Shown one piece after another: positions 1-9,063 of a stretch of DNA of 32,000 nucleotides. The notes under the pieces were generated by a model. That model was not told the DNA's origin and ran no database searches. It saw nothing but the letters and a program-made list of their open reading frames with translations. The DNA is from Promethearchaeota archaeon. Lineage in GTDB: Archaea; Asgardarchaeota; Lokiarchaeia; Sigyniarchaeales; Promethearchaeaceae. How positions within the stretch are numbered: position 1 is the stretch's first letter; every line of letters starts with the position of its first letter. The stretch spans positions 30,001-62,000 of the forward strand of contig JAFGBS010000001.1 in assembly GCA_016933055.1 (NCBI GenBank). Direction: 5' to 3'. The translations under genes and the position numbers were made by a program.

Positions 1-26
1 TTGATTTTTAACACATAACCTATTTT

Positions 27-1325
27 TTATTCGAAATCTACCACAATGTCTCCTTTTTTTATTACTTTTAGGACATGGTTCACCCCGAATTGATATGGTA
101 GATAATTATGATTCGGTACATCAAATAATACTAAATCAGCTTGCTTTCCCACTTCTATTGATCCAACATCATCATGACGACGTAAAGCAAAAGCCGCATT
201 AATCGTGGAAGCTGTTAATGCTTCTGCTGGGTTCATTTTCATTTTGTAACATGCTAATGCAAGGATCATTTGCATAGATTCTGTCCAACAATTAGGATTT
301 AAGTCTGTTGCCAACGCAATCGGAATTCCTATTTCTATCATTTTACGTGCAGGAGCATACTCTCTTAGCATCATGCAAAAGGGTGTGCCGGGTAATAATG
401 TTGCTACCACCTGTTTTTCCGCCATTGCTCGCAATCCTGTATCATTAGATTTCAGAAGATGTCCCGTCTGTACAGCATTTAAATCTGCTGCTAACTGAGC
501 CCCATTCGTATCAACAATTTCATCAATATGGATTTGAATATCTAATCCAAAGTCTTGTGCTGCTTGCAAAATTTTTCTTGTTTGAGGAACAGAGAAAATT
601 CCTTTTTCACAGAATACATCACAAAATTGAGCTAGATTTTGTTCTTTAATGAGGGGAAGCATATTTGAAATGATAAGATCCACGTAATCATCCGATCTTC
701 CAGCATATTCTGGTGGAATTGCGTGAGCGCCTAAAAATGTAGGTATAATTTCAATTGGATGTTCTTTATCCAAAATTTTCATAGTTTTAAGGGATTTTAT
801 TTCATCTTCTACCGTTAATCCATATCCGGATTTGGTTTCGATGGTTGTTGTTCCGTATTCCAGCATGCGGTCTAAAATATCATGCCCATTTTCTACCAGT
901 TTTGAAATGGAGGCTTCACGAGTTGCTTTTACAGTTTTTAAAATTCCTTCCCCTGAATTCAGAATATCTAAATAGGACATCCCAGATAGTTTCATTTGTA
1001 ACTCATTTTCCCTCGTACCATCAAAAATTATATGAGTATGGGGATCAACAAATCCAGGGGTGACCAATCGATGCTCTCCATTGATGATGATGGGAAAATC
1101 TCTGTGAGAAAACTCTCGATCGAATTCCTTCATAGTACCAACAAAAATGATCGTGTCCTTATGGATAACTACCGCTGCTTTGTGGACTATTCCAAGGTCG
1201 TTCATTTGACTCCCTACTCGAGGAACCCCATATTTTGAATCCATCGTGACTAGTTCTCTTATATTCAGAATTGCTAATGTGGAAAGTTCTTGAAATTCTT
1301 TAGTTGCAACCGTAGGAGTACTCAT
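27..1325 (-). CDS. hutI: Imidazolonepropionase (amidohydrolase family), about 432 aa
   Basis: Motifs LVTPGFVDPHTH, YGTTTIETKSGYGL, FLGAHAIP, FCDVFCEKG, IHIDE, ALATDLNP. Start moved to the ATG at 1325 (MSTPTVAT), because the ORF-track extension to 1532 overlaps hutU. Confidence 0.95.
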   Translation of the reverse strand: MSTPTVATKEFQELSTLAILNIRELVTMDSKYGVPRVGSQMNDLGIVHKAAVVIHKDTIIFVGTMKEFDREFSHRDFPIIINGEHRLVTPGFVDPHTHIIFDGTRENELQMKLSGMSYLDILNSGEGILKTVKATREASISKLVENGHDILDRMLEYGTTTIETKSGYGLTVEDEIKSLKTMKILDKEHPIEIIPTFLGAHAIPPEYAGRSDDYVDLIISNMLPLIKEQNLAQFCDVFCEKGIFSVPQTRKILQAAQDFGLDIQIHIDEIVDTNGAQLAADLNAVQTGHLLKSNDTGLRAMAEKQVVATLLPGTPFCMMLREYAPARKMIEIGIPIALATDLNPNCWTESMQMILALACYKMKMNPAEALTASTINAAFALRRHDDVGSIEVGKQADLVLFDVPNHNYLPYQFGVNHVLKVIKKGDIVVDFE

Positions 1326-1389
1326 ATCAAACACTTTTGAAAATACTAGATAATTATGCTTAAAAGAGGTAATATAAACAATTATAGTT

Positions 1390-3399
1390 ATGGTTGATTC
1401 TATTTCGTTAAGAGATCTGAAATTACCTCCTGATCCTGTTTTTGATAAAACTATTCGACGTTCTCCCTCCCGTGGATATAATTTATCCGCATCTGATACT
1501 ATTCTGGCAGTAAAAAATGCTCTGCGATACATACCCGCGAAATACCATGAAATTTTAGCGCCAGAATTATTAATGGAACTAATAGATAAAGGAAGGATTT
1601 ATGGGTATCGGTACCGTCCTCAAGGAGAAATTAAAGCTAAACCAATAGATCAGTACAAAGGGATTGTGGAAGCTAAAGCTATCCAATTAATGATAGATAA
1701 TAATCTGGATTTTGATGTTGCTTTATATCCCTATGAACTCGTTACCTATGGAGAATCAGGACAAGTTTGTCAGAATTGGATGCAATATCGGTTAATTAAG
1801 AAATATTTGGAAAAAATGACTGATACCCAAACATTAGTAGTAATGTCTGGGCATCCGCTGGGGATATTTCCGAGTAAGAAAGATACCCCTCGGGTAGTTT
1901 CGACAAATGGGTTGATGGTTGGTATGTATGATACTGCTGATGGAAAGGACTTTCATCGTGCGCAAGCTATTGGGGTGGCGAATTATGGACAGATGACTGC
2001 AGGAGGTTGGATGTACATTGGACCACAAGGTATTGTTCATGGTACCTACATAACTCTTCTAAATGCGGGTCGTATTTATTTAGGTAATTCAACAGAGCAA
2101 GATCTTGCAGAAAAAACTTATTTAAGTTCTGGTCTCGGGGGGATGAGTGGAGCACAAGCAAAAGCAGTGGAAATTGCTGGAGGGATTGGTATCTTAGCAG
2201 AAGTAGATAAATCGCGTATTGATACACGATATTCTCAAGGTTGGTTATCCAAATGGTCAGATGATTTAGGAGAAATTTTTCAATGGGTGTCAGAGTATCA
2301 AACACACAATAAACCAGTCTCCATAGGTTATTACGGAAATGTTGTGGATTTATGGCAGTATGTGGTGGATAACAAGATCTCGATTGATCTTGCTTCGGAC
2401 CAGACGTCGTGTCATGCCGTTTATGAAGGTGGTTATACACCAGATGGATTATCATTCAAAGAGGGTCGTGAATTAATCAAAACCGATAGAGAAAAATTCA
2501 AAAAACTAGTAGATGAATCCTTAACAAAACAATACAGACTTATTTTAGAAATGACTAAACGAGGAACTTACTTTTGGGATTATGGAAACTCCTTTTTAAA
2601 AGCCGTATATGATGCTGGTGTGCAAGAAATTGCTGTAGGGAATGATCCAAGGAACGGATTCGTCTTCCCATCATATGTAGAGGAATTAGTCGGTCCGGTA
2701 ATATTTGACTATGGCTATGGTCCCTTCAGATGGGTAGTCACTTCCTTAAATCCTGAGGATTTACGAAAAACTGATAGGATTGCCATGGAATGCATTGATC
2801 CAAAACGAAGAGGTCAAGATCGCGATAATTGGGTATGGATCCGGGATGCTGAGAAGAATAATTTAGTAGTCGGGTCCCAAGCAAGAATTCTCTATGCTGA
2901 TGCACAGAACCGAGTAAAAATTGCTCTCGAATTTAACAAGGCAATTCGCGAAGGCAGAATAAGCAGACCAATAATGTTAGGACGAGACCATCATGATACG
3001 GGGGGAACTGACTCACCGTTTAGAGAAACCTCCAACATTTTGGATGGAAGCAATATCATGTCAGATATGGCACATCATTGTTGGGCAGGAAATGCAGCAC
3101 GTGGCATGACTATGTGCGTTTTATCCAATGGAGGTGGAGTTGGGAGCGGAAAAGTGATTAACGGAGGATTTGGTTTAGTTTTAGATGGCAGCGAACGAGT
3201 GGATTCCATTATAAAGTCAGCATTAGACTGGGATGTGAATGTGGGAGTAGCGCGCAGAGCCTGGGCTCGAAATCCTAACGCGCTAGAGACAGCAAAAAGG
3301 TATAATAGCGAAAAGGGAAAGACAGGAAATATCACCTTACCCGAAATACCCAAAGTAGGATTAGTTGAGGATTTGATCAAGAAAAAATTAAAGAATTAG
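1390..3399 (+). CDS. hutU: Urocanate hydratase, long (~670 aa, UROC1/Bacteroidetes-type) form
   Basis: LYPYELVTYGESGQVCQNW, NYGQMTAGGWMYIGPQGIVHGT, SSGLGGMSGAQ, SDQTSCH, GRDHHDTGGTDSPFRET; flanked by hutI and hutH. Confidence 0.96.
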   Translation: MVDSISLRDLKLPPDPVFDKTIRRSPSRGYNLSASDTILAVKNALRYIPAKYHEILAPELLMELIDKGRIYGYRYRPQGEIKAKPIDQYKGIVEAKAIQLMIDNNLDFDVALYPYELVTYGESGQVCQNWMQYRLIKKYLEKMTDTQTLVVMSGHPLGIFPSKKDTPRVVSTNGLMVGMYDTADGKDFHRAQAIGVANYGQMTAGGWMYIGPQGIVHGTYITLLNAGRIYLGNSTEQDLAEKTYLSSGLGGMSGAQAKAVEIAGGIGILAEVDKSRIDTRYSQGWLSKWSDDLGEIFQWVSEYQTHNKPVSIGYYGNVVDLWQYVVDNKISIDLASDQTSCHAVYEGGYTPDGLSFKEGRELIKTDREKFKKLVDESLTKQYRLILEMTKRGTYFWDYGNSFLKAVYDAGVQEIAVGNDPRNGFVFPSYVEELVGPVIFDYGYGPFRWVVTSLNPEDLRKTDRIAMECIDPKRRGQDRDNWVWIRDAEKNNLVVGSQARILYADAQNRVKIALEFNKAIREGRISRPIMLGRDHHDTGGTDSPFRETSNILDGSNIMSDMAHHCWAGNAARGMTMCVLSNGGGVGSGKVINGGFGLVLDGSERVDSIIKSALDWDVNVGVARRAWARNPNALETAKRYNSEKGKTGNITLPEIPKVGLVEDLIKKKLKN

Positions 3400-3400
3400 A

Positions 3401-4924
3401 TTATTGTAATTTTCCAATCTCTTTTTCAACTTCTTCTAGAATTTCGCAAGATTTTACAAGTGTTTTCATCGCATTGTGGTCATCAAATAACGGTCGATCT
3501 TCATCAAGGAATTCAACATATCTGCGAATCACGTCTTTTGCTTTGGTTACCCCTTTACCAAACTTAAAATCTCGGAAATCTAGTGCTTGAGCTGCTGCCA
3601 TAAACTCAATTCCAAGAACACCATAGGCATTGTCCATGATTTGCCAGTTTTTTATAGCAGTATTCATTCCCATAGATACGAAATCCTCCTGATCTGCTGC
3701 TGCTGGGATAGATTGGATACTTGCTGGGGCAGATAGGATACGCATTTCAACAATTTGCATATCTGCCGTATACTGGCTCAACATCAATCCCGACATCATA
3801 CCAGCACCCTTGGTTAGGAATGGAGGAAGTCCCACACTTAAGGCAGGATGATTTAATCTGTTCATTCTACGTTCGGACATAACACATACCATTGTTATTG
3901 CTGCTCCTGCCATATCCATTGGCAAAGATACTGGGCTTCCTTGGAAATTAGCCCCTGTTAATTGCAATTTCTTATCAGGGAAAAACACAGGATTATCACC
4001 TACACCATTTAACTCAATTTCCACTTGAGATTTAGCCCATTCTAAGGCATCCATGGCTGCCCCAATGACCTGAGGAGCAGATCTCATGGAATACGCATCT
4101 TGCACCTTAACTTTCTTCTTTCCTTCCTTGAGGTCACCTTCTTTAAAGAGGTTGGATAAGTTTAATGCACACTTGATCGCCCCAGAAAATCCTCTGGCTT
4201 CATGTAAAAGTGGTGTATATGGTATCAAATTACCCATCAATGCTTCAATGGACATTGCACATGCAATTTGGGCTTGCTTTATGAACCGAAATGCATCGTA
4301 TAGCCAAATTGCAGACATAGCGGTTAATAAATTACTTCCATTGATAATGGCTAAGCCATCCCGGGCTTTCAACCCCGGAATTTCAATCCCAGCTTGCTTC
4401 ATTGCTTCCTCTCCCCCTAATAATTCTCCTTGATAAAAAGCGCGACCTTCTCCCATTAACAACAATGCAATCTGGGACATAGGTGCTAAATCTCCACAAG
4501 CACCTACTGATCCTTTTTGGCACACTTCCGGGGTAACTCCTTTATTCAACATCTCTACAAGAGTTTCCGCTATAATCGGACGGTTTCCCGAATTTCCATG
4601 AGCTAGTACATTCAATCTTCCAAGCATTGCACCTCTTACAAATTCAAGTGGGGCTGGTTCGCCAATTCCCGCAGCATGATTATAAATCAAATACCTTTGA
4701 AATTGTTTTGTTTGATCATCATCGAGCACTACTTCACTGAATTCACCAATTCCAGTGTTTACACCGTACATAATTTCATGCGCGTTGATCTTCTCTTCCA
4801 ACATTGCACGGCATTTTTTCATTCGTGCCATTGCATCCGAATGCAGCTCAACTTTTTCATTATGACGAGCTACCCGAACTACATCTTCAATAGCTAATCC
4901 TGTACCTTTTATCACGTAGGTCAT
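3401..4924 (-). CDS. hutH: Histidine ammonia-lyase family (MIO-dependent) with an Ala-Cys-Gly MIO tripeptide
   Basis: YGVNTGIG (Tyr53), YNHAAGIG (His83), GSVGACGDLAP, QDAYSMR, DNP, NFQG, QEDFVSMG; hut context. Confidence 0.88.
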   Translation of the reverse strand: MTYVIKGTGLAIEDVVRVARHNEKVELHSDAMARMKKCRAMLEEKINAHEIMYGVNTGIGEFSEVVLDDDQTKQFQRYLIYNHAAGIGEPAPLEFVRGAMLGRLNVLAHGNSGNRPIIAETLVEMLNKGVTPEVCQKGSVGACGDLAPMSQIALLLMGEGRAFYQGELLGGEEAMKQAGIEIPGLKARDGLAIINGSNLLTAMSAIWLYDAFRFIKQAQIACAMSIEALMGNLIPYTPLLHEARGFSGAIKCALNLSNLFKEGDLKEGKKKVKVQDAYSMRSAPQVIGAAMDALEWAKSQVEIELNGVGDNPVFFPDKKLQLTGANFQGSPVSLPMDMAGAAITMVCVMSERRMNRLNHPALSVGLPPFLTKGAGMMSGLMLSQYTADMQIVEMRILSAPASIQSIPAAADQEDFVSMGMNTAIKNWQIMDNAYGVLGIEFMAAAQALDFRDFKFGKGVTKAKDVIRRYVEFLDEDRPLFDDHNAMKTLVKSCEILEEVEKEIGKLQ

Positions 4925-4950
4925 ACTTTTTCATTAACTCCATTCTATAC

Positions 4951-4990
4951 GATAATTGGTTATCATGAGGATAAAAACTATAAATTTTTC
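4951..4990 (-). promoter_or_regulatory. Putative hutH promoter (BRE + TATA) with a palindromic site near the predicted TSS
   Basis: The minus strand reads GAAAAA-TTTATA (4990-4979). About 25 nt downstream lies the inverted repeat GATAA-N4-TTATC (4951-4964). The ATG is at 4924. Confidence 0.4.
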
Positions 4991-5038
4991 CCTTAATATG
5001 AGGAAAAATATTGATTAAGATAAGAAGAAAAACAGATC

Positions 5039-6109
5039 TTAATCTTCAGAAGCTCCGAAAAAGAACATTAAGAAAAATACTATATTATAGATTAACGCTG
5101 AAATTATAATACTCCAATTTTGAATTGCTTTTTGTAATGTTGGGTTCCCCGTGAAATATAGGGTAACTAAATTCAATCCCATTAAAATGACTGTTAAAAT
5201 ATATCCGATTAAATACCTGCGAAATTCAGGTTGGGATCGACCCCTAGTAATATTAACAATGGTTACAAATAGCACAATACCAAGCCCTATCCAATATATT
5301 ACTAGCATTAATATCCGTAATGATTGGATATCGTAAATATATTCCAAGATTTCGATAGTAATAAATAAGGCAAACAAAAAGAATTCTACAACTCTAACCC
5401 AACCAATCCGAATATCTTCACGTTCCGCTTTTATTTCAGCTTGCTCATATTCAGAGACACCTAATTTAACTAAAATTATTAGAGATCCAATGGTCAAAGC
5501 TGTTGCTAATGACATTGATATTCGGTAAAGAATTTCTAAGTAATTGGTTTGATAGTAATCGAAAATTGCAATAGACAAGAAGTAAATATCTTGATAAGTG
5601 GCAATTGCTAGAAAGATCGGAAAAACAGCAAAAATTGCCATTACAATATAGGTAATTTTTGGAACCTTCTCTTGCTCATCCCAATCATGTCCTATTGTTG
5701 AAATACGAAAACCAAAGGAAGCAAATGCTAAAATGCATATAATGGGGGTTATAAAGGGTACCACAATTCCTAAAAATACGACCATTGCAGTAATACCATA
5801 ATATATTTTATAACGGCGGGGGATAACTCGGAAGGATGCATCTACTTTGTCTATTGTGTCAGATATGCGATTAGCAAACAATAAAATCATGAATATCCAT
5901 CCAATTGTGAAACTAATAGGAGTTGCCCACCTCATGAAAATACTATTTTCAAGTGCAGGCACAAATGAAAAATTAAATTGATCTTTATATGCAAAATAGA
6001 GCAAGAAAAACACGGTAGGAATAAGAATTAATGCTAGCACTACTAATAATCGACTTAATTTGAACTCTCTTTTTCCTATTGTACGGTTCCCGTACTGTTT
6101 TAAACCCAT
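5039..6109 (-). CDS. Hypothetical multi-pass membrane protein (about 9-10 TM)
   Basis: 356-aa ORF with ATG start and 9-10 hydrophobic segments; no recognisable family motif. Confidence 0.8.
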   Translation of the reverse strand: MGLKQYGNRTIGKREFKLSRLLVVLALILIPTVFFLLYFAYKDQFNFSFVPALENSIFMRWATPISFTIGWIFMILLFANRISDTIDKVDASFRVIPRRYKIYYGITAMVVFLGIVVPFITPIICILAFASFGFRISTIGHDWDEQEKVPKITYIVMAIFAVFPIFLAIATYQDIYFLSIAIFDYYQTNYLEILYRISMSLATALTIGSLIILVKLGVSEYEQAEIKAEREDIRIGWVRVVEFFLFALFITIEILEYIYDIQSLRILMLVIYWIGLGIVLFVTIVNITRGRSQPEFRRYLIGYILTVILMGLNLVTLYFTGNPTLQKAIQNWSIIISALIYNIVFFLMFFFGASED

Positions 6110-6285
6110 TTGTCATTATACCTCGTTTTCAATTTTAAATCAATTAATATATATCATATATACCCCCTATGCTATAAAATTAAACCGTAGAATTTCTTTT
6201 TTATACAATTATTTTTAAGCTATCACGATCTGTTTTATGTGTTATATAGACTCAAAATTTGAAAATAGATAATTTGGTTAAGAAA

Positions 6286-7143
6286 ATGATTCGAGATTTC
6301 TTCATAGTCGATTTGCACACTAAAAAGAGATTTCATAAATCATTTTCTAAAGAGCCTACTTCTGAAAGTATTGTGAAATCCTTTTTATTAAAATATACCA
6401 AAGAATTTGAAAACACAAGTAATGCTGTTAAAGCTATTAAAATTATTCCTATAAAGGAGTTTATGTTCACGTTTTTGGTGAAAAAGGGATTTATTTTTAT
6501 GATTATATCAGATATTCATGACTCCAAAAAAGATTTGGAACTTGTCCTCCAAAAAGTCGTACATTCTTTATCTCATTTTGATTTACACGAACCTATACCA
6601 AAGGACCACCAAGAGGAGTTAGGAGTAATAATAACAAGAGATTTGTTCTCGCAGATCAAGATAGCTCTGATTGGAAAGGATAATGTAGGTAAATCTACCA
6701 TATTTAATCAATTGGAAGGGGAAATTTCATATCCCCATTCAAAACGAGTTATGAGATCGAAACATATTTTTTCTGAAACCACTGAACCCAGCGTATACTT
6801 ACTTGATTATATAGGAACTGAGGATTATTCCCCCCAATGGCCCAATCTTTTGAGAGGAATACATATAATTTTCATTGTAGTAGATAGTACAGTAGAGAAT
6901 GTGCTATCTACTAAACGATTATTCATTAATCTAATAAAACGGGCAAAACCAGATGCTTTACTACTGGGAATCGCAAATAAACAAGACCAAGCGAAAGCTT
7001 TAGATGCTAAACTCATTCAAAAAATGTTAGATATTGATGCAGTGTTCCCTCTTTCGATGGACAACTTAACTAATACCTCTGCACTGGAAAACATTTTTCT
7101 TCATGCGGTCCAAACTTATCTTGCCCAATTTTTAGATGACTAG
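6286..7143 (+). CDS. Longin-like domain fused to an Arf/Arl-like small GTPase domain
   Basis: Longin-like N-terminus (MIRDFFIVD...FTFLVKKGFIFMIISD). G1 GKDNVGKS, G3-like DYIGTE, IFIVVDST, G4 NKQD. ATG at 6286 preferred over TTG at 6259. Confidence 0.75.
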   Translation: MIRDFFIVDLHTKKRFHKSFSKEPTSESIVKSFLLKYTKEFENTSNAVKAIKIIPIKEFMFTFLVKKGFIFMIISDIHDSKKDLELVLQKVVHSLSHFDLHEPIPKDHQEELGVIITRDLFSQIKIALIGKDNVGKSTIFNQLEGEISYPHSKRVMRSKHIFSETTEPSVYLLDYIGTEDYSPQWPNLLRGIHIIFIVVDSTVENVLSTKRLFINLIKRAKPDALLLGIANKQDQAKALDAKLIQKMLDIDAVFPLSMDNLTNTSALENIFLHAVQTYLAQFLDD

Positions 7144-7249
7144 GATTGCACATGAACTTATTTGGAATTGAGCAAAAAATTATTAGAAATAGAACTTTTT
7201 AGGTGACAGTACACTAGTTTTTATATAATTTTAAATCAGGAGAATATCG

Positions 7250-7972
7250 ATGGGTCTTCGCGAATTGGAAAAAAAAATGAAAATCAAAGAAGCAATGCAA
7301 CGAAAAAATGCTGAGTATAAGCTAAAGGAGATAGAAAACCAAGCGAAAATCCAAAAGATGACCAAAGCTAGGTTGAAAGAAATTGCACGAAAACACGGTG
7401 TTTTAATTGCACTGGATGAATCTCTCAAAGAAGAAGTGGAAGCACTAAAAAAAGATTATAACATCAAAGAATCCAACATAATACGGGAAATTTTAACCGA
7501 AGATGACGTCCTTCCAGGAGATGTACATAATATTATCCATGAACAGTTGGGTATGCTGGCTTACCAACGTGTTATGCTACAAAAAGGGGAGACCGGTGGC
7601 TTACTTCTGTTGACAGATGTATTCGAATTGGTTAATACAGGGATCTTAAACGGCCGAATCACCATTGATGATGTTAAAAAGGCAGTAACCATCCTAAAAA
7701 AGAAAAAAGTGATCCCACAAATTACTATGCTCGATGAAGATGTAATGTTAATAAGTTTCTTCCCCGTGCAATATACTCAAGATCAATCGGAAATTTTGAA
7801 TTTTGCCAAAAATAATAAGGGTACTTGCTCCTTAGCTGAAGTACGCGCAAAACTAGGCTGGTCTGAGATCCGAGCATTACGAGCATTAGAAAATTTGGAA
7901 AACACAGGAATTGCTAAAACCGATGAAAGTTTTCGCACCGGAAAACGATGGTTTTTTCCAAGTCTAAAGTAG
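7250..7972 (+). CDS. ESCRT-II Vps22/Vps36-like (EAP30 domain) protein
   Basis: N-terminal helical region, then GGLLLLTDVF...ITIDDVKKAVTILK and QSEILNFAKNNKG...LGWSEIRALRALENLENTGIA...WFFPSL. These parallel the tandem winged helices of SNF8/Vps22 as I recall them. Confidence 0.85.
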   Translation: MGLRELEKKMKIKEAMQRKNAEYKLKEIENQAKIQKMTKARLKEIARKHGVLIALDESLKEEVEALKKDYNIKESNIIREILTEDDVLPGDVHNIIHEQLGMLAYQRVMLQKGETGGLLLLTDVFELVNTGILNGRITIDDVKKAVTILKKKKVIPQITMLDEDVMLISFFPVQYTQDQSEILNFAKNNKGTCSLAEVRAKLGWSEIRALRALENLENTGIAKTDESFRTGKRWFFPSLK

Positions 7973-7989
7973 ATGAAATTTATCATCAA

Positions 7990-8736
7990 CTAAATTTGAG
8001 GGTAAACACTACTGAAGAGGTCAACTCCTGCATGTGCAAAAGAAAATAAGATAATTCCAACTAATAAGAGTAGGATCATACTCGCAATTTCGATTTTAGA
8101 TATACTGGGTTCGCCGTACGATCTCGAACGAGATAGATGACGCTTCTTATTTCGGTTTACTCCGAAGATTGCATAGGGAAAAATACCTATTAGAATACCT
8201 AATGCATATAAAGATACTAGGATCATTCCATTCCCTATTCCGATACCAGCAGCATATAGAAATATTGCGATTTCATATAAACATGGTGTAAAACCTGCGA
8301 TAATTCCGACTAAAAATCCAGTATGTATTCGATTTTTATTATTTCCCTGTATTTTTTTCACAAATTTGCTATTATAACATGAATGAGGTCTGAATTTCCG
8401 TCTATATAATTGTATAAGTAAATATAAACCCATAGCGACCATTGCAAGTGCTCCAATCTGACTGCTAACAAGTGGGGGTAAATGCTTAAGTAATAAACTC
8501 CCAACGATGGTGACTAGGGAACCAAGAGCTATATTGGAAATTAAAAGACCGGATGAATAACTACCCAAAATTCGAAAAGCATCTTTCGTTTGACGACTAA
8601 CTCCAAAGGTGTAAAAGATGAATAATGTCTTGTCTTGGCAAGGAACACATGAGTGGAGAAATCCCAACATAAATCCTGGCCAATAAACGAATAGAACAGA
8701 AGTCCATAAATTTACATTTGAAATAAATGCTTCCAT
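7990..8736 (-). CDS. DsbD_2/CcdA/RcnA-like membrane protein (about 6-7 TM)
   Basis: GFMLGFLHSCVPCQDK and GIIAGFTPCLYE motifs. ATG at 8736 is preceded by AAAGTGAT-N4. Confidence 0.65.
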   Translation of the reverse strand: MEAFISNVNLWTSVLFVYWPGFMLGFLHSCVPCQDKTLFIFYTFGVSRQTKDAFRILGSYSSGLLISNIALGSLVTIVGSLLLKHLPPLVSSQIGALAMVAMGLYLLIQLYRRKFRPHSCYNSKFVKKIQGNNKNRIHTGFLVGIIAGFTPCLYEIAIFLYAAGIGIGNGMILVSLYALGILIGIFPYAIFGVNRNKKRHLSRSRSYGEPSISKIEIASMILLLLVGIILFSFAHAGVDLFSSVYPQI

Positions 8737-8841
8737 AGCTATCACTTTATCGTTCGTTCCTAGAATATTATGATGAACACAATTATAAGATCTTTGTATC
8801 GAACACAAGAGCATCCCTTGGCTCTATAGGTAATTTATCCC

Positions 8842-9054
8842 TTAGTATACATTTTCTTGAACCCATATACGAAATCCAATTATCCCTATGATACTTATAA
8901 TCGCATATAAAAGATATGGACGGTAATTTATAATTTGGTAAACAAAAGCTGTGATAAACATAGCTATTATACCTAAAATGATAGATACCCAAGAAAAAAA
9001 TAAAATTGCAAGATCAAAAATCTTAGATCGTATATCTTTTTGCTTATCTCCCAT
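8842..9054 (-). CDS. Small 2-TM membrane protein (70 aa)
   Basis: Two hydrophobic helices; GAGTGAT-N4-ATG ribosome-binding site; starts 9 nt after the stop of the S8-like gene. Confidence 0.65.
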   Translation of the reverse strand: MGDKQKDIRSKIFDLAILFFSWVSIILGIIAMFITAFVYQIINYRPYLLYAIISIIGIIGFRIWVQENVY

Positions 9055-9063
9055 TATTATCAC

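Noticed and set aside
1326-1532. N-terminal extension of hutI in the ORF track
   Set aside because: It overlaps hutU on the opposite strand and has no amidohydrolase similarity; the ATG at 1325 gives a normal HutI length.
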